NCBI GenBank assembly: GCA_963761775.1
Contig: CAVXIF010000011.1
Coordinates: 405,215 to 469,214, forward strand
Length of the DNA: 64,000 nucleotides
Source: an uncultured Alphaproteobacteria bacterium
GTDB taxonomy: Bacteria; Pseudomonadota; Alphaproteobacteria; Sphingomonadales; Sphingomonadaceae
Reading direction: 5' to 3'
In this document: positions 60,765-64,000 of the stretch, in pieces
Numbering within the stretch: position 1 is the first letter of the stretch
Layout: each line of letters starts with the position of its first letter
The notes under the pieces: model-generated
The model's input: only the letters and a program-made list of their open reading frames with translations
Told to the model about the DNA's origin: nothing
Database searches by the model: none
Position numbers and translations under genes: made by a program

Positions 60765-61037
60765 ATGAACAAGAATGAACTGATCGGCGCCGTTGCGGAT
60801 TCCAGCGGACTTTCCAAAACCGACGCAGCCAGCGCCGTCGAAGGGGTGTTCGACGCGATCACCAAGTCACTCAGCAATGGCGACGATGTACGCCTGGTTG
60901 GCTTCGGCACCTTCTCGGTCGCCAAGCGCAAGGCCTCCACCGGCCGCAATCCGCGCACCGGCGAACCGATGGCAATCAAGGCCAGCAACCAGCCCAAGTT
61001 CAAGGCTGGTAAGGGTCTGAAAGACGCTGTGAACTGA
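60765..61037 (+). CDS. hupB: DNA-binding protein HU
   Basis: MNKNELI.AVA...GLSK.DA..AV...FD.I...L..GD.V.L.GFG.F.V..R.A..GRNP.TGE...I.A...P.FKAGK.LKDAVN. Confidence 0.92.
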   Translation: MNKNELIGAVADSSGLSKTDAASAVEGVFDAITKSLSNGDDVRLVGFGTFSVAKRKASTGRNPRTGEPMAIKASNQPKFKAGKGLKDAVN

Positions 61038-61060
61038 TCCGGACCAATCCGGACCAGCTA

Positions 61061-61100
61061 AAGGGGCCGTGTGTCATCCGACGCGCGGCCCCTTTGCTTT
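61061..61100 (+). terminator. Rho-independent terminator after hupB
   Basis: AAGGGGCCGTG-loop-CGCGGCCCCTT stem followed by TGCTTTG. Confidence 0.6.
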
Positions 61101-61125
61101 GACTGGCGACCCACCCGACGGCTAG

Positions 61126-62001
61126 CTAGCGCGATGTGATCTGGATCAGCGCGGTCGGCGCGTCCGTCGTGGTGCCGTCCACGGACCAGCTCAGCACCCG
61201 GTCCTGGCCCGATGCCACGGCACCTTCGTCGGTGTTGTTCGCCCTGATCTCGCCATTGGTCGTGATGGCAAACGTGCCTTCCATCATCGCCATGGCACGC
61301 CCGGTCGCGGCCTCTTCGTTACCCTCGACCGATTGGCCAAACATCATCAGCATGCCTGAAGGCATCGCTCCGCCAGCCGCAGTCTGCATCGCGAACCCCG
61401 GCGCATCTATCCGAACGGCGCCTTCATCACGACGGAATATGCGGACGAAGGGAGACGCGACCTGCATTCCTTCGATAGTCGGGAAGGAGAAGTCATGCGT
61501 GATCCGGCTGGTGATGCGATAGCGCACATCGAACACTCCATTGCCGCGATAAACCACCCGGTCCCAGCCGCGCTGGCGTTCCAGCATGACGGCGATCTTG
61601 TTGCCGGCTTCGGGGTCGGCAGGGTCGATGCCACTCAACAACCGCCCCAGCTGTTCGGCCCGCTCACGATCTGCCCGGGACTTGCCCGCAGCCGCCTGCG
61701 CATTGCGTTCAGATTGTGCCATCAGCTCCTGTGCCGTACATTCTCGCCGCGCGCCATCGCCCCTAAAGCATCGCGCTTCGTCGATATCGGACCCGTCAAC
61801 CTGCGACGTGCCGTCACCGAATTCGTCGGTAAGCGGCAGGAATACCATCTGCCCGTCATACGCGAAGGTAAAGCTGCCATCGTCTCGCAAATCGAGCGTG
61901 GAATTGAACTTGCCGGGCAACAGGAAGCACCCTGTCAGGGCAAGCGACATGGCACAGGCCAGCAATAATGCTCCGGCGCGGCGGATAGGAAGCAAAGTCA
62001 C
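61126..62001 (-). CDS. Hypothetical lipoprotein
   Basis: GTG start at 62001 overlaps the upstream stop (GTGA), with SD AAGGAG 7 nt upstream. Lipobox LALTGC. No family recognised. Confidence 0.55.
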   Translation of the reverse strand: MTLLPIRRAGALLLACAMSLALTGCFLLPGKFNSTLDLRDDGSFTFAYDGQMVFLPLTDEFGDGTSQVDGSDIDEARCFRGDGARRECTAQELMAQSERNAQAAAGKSRADRERAEQLGRLLSGIDPADPEAGNKIAVMLERQRGWDRVVYRGNGVFDVRYRITSRITHDFSFPTIEGMQVASPFVRIFRRDEGAVRIDAPGFAMQTAAGGAMPSGMLMMFGQSVEGNEEAATGRAMAMMEGTFAITTNGEIRANNTDEGAVASGQDRVLSWSVDGTTTDAPTALIQITSR

Positions 62002-62819
62002 GAAACAGCTCCTTCGGTCGTGCGCGTGGCCACGGCATAAAGCGCAACCGCCGCTGCGTTTGAAACATTGAGGCTTTCGATAGAAGAAGAGATGGGAAGC
62101 CGCGCCACCGCGTCGCAGTGGTTGGCAATATTGGTGCGCATCCCGTCCCCTTCCGCGCCCAGCACGAGCGCCACCGGCCCGGCGGGAAGTACGTCGCCAA
62201 AAATGGCATCGGCCTCTCCGGTAAGACCTATGCGCCAGTAGCCTGCCGTCGCCATTTCTTCCAATGCGCGCGCCAGGTTGACCACGCGCACCCACGGCAC
62301 CGTCTCCAGTGCGCCCGATGCGCTCTTGCCCAGCACGCCTGACTCCGGCGGCGCGTGGCGGTCCTGTGTCACGATGGCTGCGGCACCGAATGCGGCGGCA
62401 GAACGCAGGATGGCGCCGACATTATGCGGGTCAGTGACCTGATCCAGCACCACCAGCGGTCCACCTGGCCGCCCGGCAATGGCCTCGTCCAAGTGTACGT
62501 CTTCCAGCGCGGCGCATTCCAGCACCAGCCCTTGATGGGTGGCATCGCGCGTCGTCAGGCGGGCGAGGTCCACGGCCTGCGCGTATTCGACGGGGAAGTC
62601 CTCCGGCAGGTCGCCGTCCAGTCCGCCAATTGCTTCACGTGTCGCCCACAGCTTGTGATGGTTGCGCAGCGGGTTCTTCAACGCGGCCTCGACAGCGTGG
62701 TGGCCCCACAGCCTCACCTGACCCGCGCTCGCGCGACCGCTGCCCCGGCCGCCTTTCATGCGGCCCGCACGTCCGCGCAGTGCCTTTTTGCGATCCGGTT
62801 TTGCCATTGCGTTTTCCAT
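61998..62819 (-). CDS. rlmB: TrmH-family RNA 2'-O-methyltransferase (RlmB-like)
   Basis: Basic N-terminus, HQGLVLE, LDQVTDPHNVGAILRSA, GAEG.GMR and SLNVSNAAAVALY (SPOUT knot motifs). Confidence 0.8.
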   Translation of the reverse strand: MENAMAKPDRKKALRGRAGRMKGGRGSGRASAGQVRLWGHHAVEAALKNPLRNHHKLWATREAIGGLDGDLPEDFPVEYAQAVDLARLTTRDATHQGLVLECAALEDVHLDEAIAGRPGGPLVVLDQVTDPHNVGAILRSAAAFGAAAIVTQDRHAPPESGVLGKSASGALETVPWVRVVNLARALEEMATAGYWRIGLTGEADAIFGDVLPAGPVALVLGAEGDGMRTNIANHCDAVARLPISSSIESLNVSNAAAVALYAVATRTTEGAVS

Positions 62820-62970
62820 TCGGGAAAGGAGTAAGACGCCGTCTTGCCAGCCGCCCCATTGACACACAAGGACCGCTTCGCCAAAGCGGCGCCTCTCGGT
62901 CGAAGGCCCGCCAAAACGGGCCGCAACTGCGCCGCGATCGCATGGTCGCTGCGCTCTCGCCAAATGGTGT

Positions 62971-63056
62971 GGACAGGTGGCCGAGTGGTTAAAGGCAGCA
63001 GACTGTAAATCTGCCCGCGCAAGCGTACGCTGGTTCGAATCCAGCCCTGTCCACCA
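62971..63056 (+). tRNA. tRNA-Tyr (anticodon GTA), long variable arm
   Basis: GGACAGGTGGCCGAGTGGTTAAAGGCAGCAGACTGTAAATCTGCCCGCGCAAGCGTACGCTGGTTCGAATCCAGCCCTGTCCACCA. Confidence 0.92.
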
Positions 63057-63123
63057 TTTGCTACATATCCCTCGGCCGGAACGGCAACTTGCGATGGCGC
63101 CGGTCCGGCGATAAATGCGGGCG

Positions 63124-64000
63124 ATGGACTATACCCACCAGCCCGTCATTTCCGCCACCGGACTGTTCACGCCTCCCGACAGCATCACGAACGAAGAGCT
63201 GGTCGAAAGTTTCAACCGATACGTCGCCGAGTTCAACCGAGACAACGCCGATGCCATCGAGGCGGGCGAGGCCACGGCGCTGGAGCCGAGCTCGGTCGCG
63301 TTCATCGAAAAGGCCAGTGGCATTCGCGCGCGGCATGTGATGACCAAGGCGCCAATTCTCGACACCGCGTCGATGGCGCCGCGCTGGGAAGAACGCGGGA
63401 ACGAGGCATTGTCGGAAATGGCCGAGATCGGCGTTGCCGCCTGCCGCGATGCGCTGGAGCGCGCGGGCCGCGATGCGGGCGATGTCGATGCGGTGCTGTG
63501 CGCGGCGTCTAACATGCAGCGCCCCTATCCCGCGATGGCGGTTGAGATACAGGACGCGCTGGGCATCGACGGGTTCGGTTTCGATATGAACGTCGCGTGC
63601 TCTTCCGCCACCTTCGGCATCCAGACCGCCGCCGACTACATCCGTGCGGGCAATGCACGTAGTGTGTTGGTGGTAAGTCCCGAAATCACCAGCGGGCATT
63701 TGAACTGGCGCGACCGGGATAGCCATTTCATCTTTGGTGACGTGGCCACCGCCGTTCTGGTCGAGGATGCCGCGTTGGCACCCGCTTCGCATTGGGCCAT
63801 TGCGGGCACGCGGCTGAAAACGGTCTATTCCAACAATATCCGCAACAATTTCGGCTTTCTCAACCGGGCAAGCCCCGACACCGCCGATGGTGCGGACAAG
63901 CTGTTCGTTCAGGAAGGGCGCAAGGTGTTCAAGGAAGTGGTCCCGATGGTAGCCGAGCTGATCCTGGACGAGGCAGAGCGTCTGGGCGTGGAAGCGGCGA
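63124..64000 (+). CDS. Beta-ketoacyl-ACP synthase III-like (FabH family), 3' end beyond the window
   Basis: Open frame from ATG 63124 to the window end (not in the ORF track because no stop is reached). Motifs: ITNEELV, GFDMNVACSSATFGIQ (active-site Cys) and HFIFGDVATAVLV. Confidence 0.8.
   Translation, partial: MDYTHQPVISATGLFTPPDSITNEELVESFNRYVAEFNRDNADAIEAGEATALEPSSVAFIEKASGIRARHVMTKAPILDTASMAPRWEERGNEALSEMAEIGVAACRDALERAGRDAGDVDAVLCAASNMQRPYPAMAVEIQDALGIDGFGFDMNVACSSATFGIQTAADYIRAGNARSVLVVSPEITSGHLNWRDRDSHFIFGDVATAVLVEDAALAPASHWAIAGTRLKTVYSNNIRNNFGFLNRASPDTADGADKLFVQEGRKVFKEVVPMVAELILDEAERLGVEAA

Overview
High-GC (~65%) chromosomal segment with the gene content and order of an alphaproteobacterium, probably Sphingomonadales-like. 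That assignment is an inference from class I LysRS, plant-type GshA, yfgM-bamB, aroQ-accB-accC, yajC-secD-secF, ffs-dnaX-ybaB, lon-hupB and the GTCATCC-type palindromic repeats. I can support about 60 protein-coding genes, 4 tRNAs (Pro-TGG, a CAT tRNA, Pro-GGG, Tyr-GTA), an SRP RNA, several rho-independent terminators and one intergenic cluster of REP/MITE-like repeats. I saw no rRNA, CRISPR array, transposase, integrase or recognisable defence island, so this is mostly housekeeping core genome. The most striking property is technical or evolutionary. About 23 single-nucleotide frame breaks interrupt otherwise well-conserved genes, including essential ones (lysS, accC). I read these as assembly or consensus indels rather than real gene decay. 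Biologically, the items most worth a second look are: (i) an orphan GTA-type 3-TM holin; (ii) 4.5 kb away, a divergent cI/S24-like repressor plus a DUF6456 (GafA/GafY-like?) pair, possibly dispersed gene-transfer-agent control and lysis loci; (iii) a large YadA-like adhesin with near-identical tandem modules; (iv) a HisKA kinase with a degenerate ATP-binding domain; (v) two exported proteins with extreme Arg/Asp/Glu repeat tracts; (vi) short perfect 10-nt tandem duplications at gene ends. I found no convincing novel multi-gene system. All family calls come from motif recognition by eye, and no database search was run.
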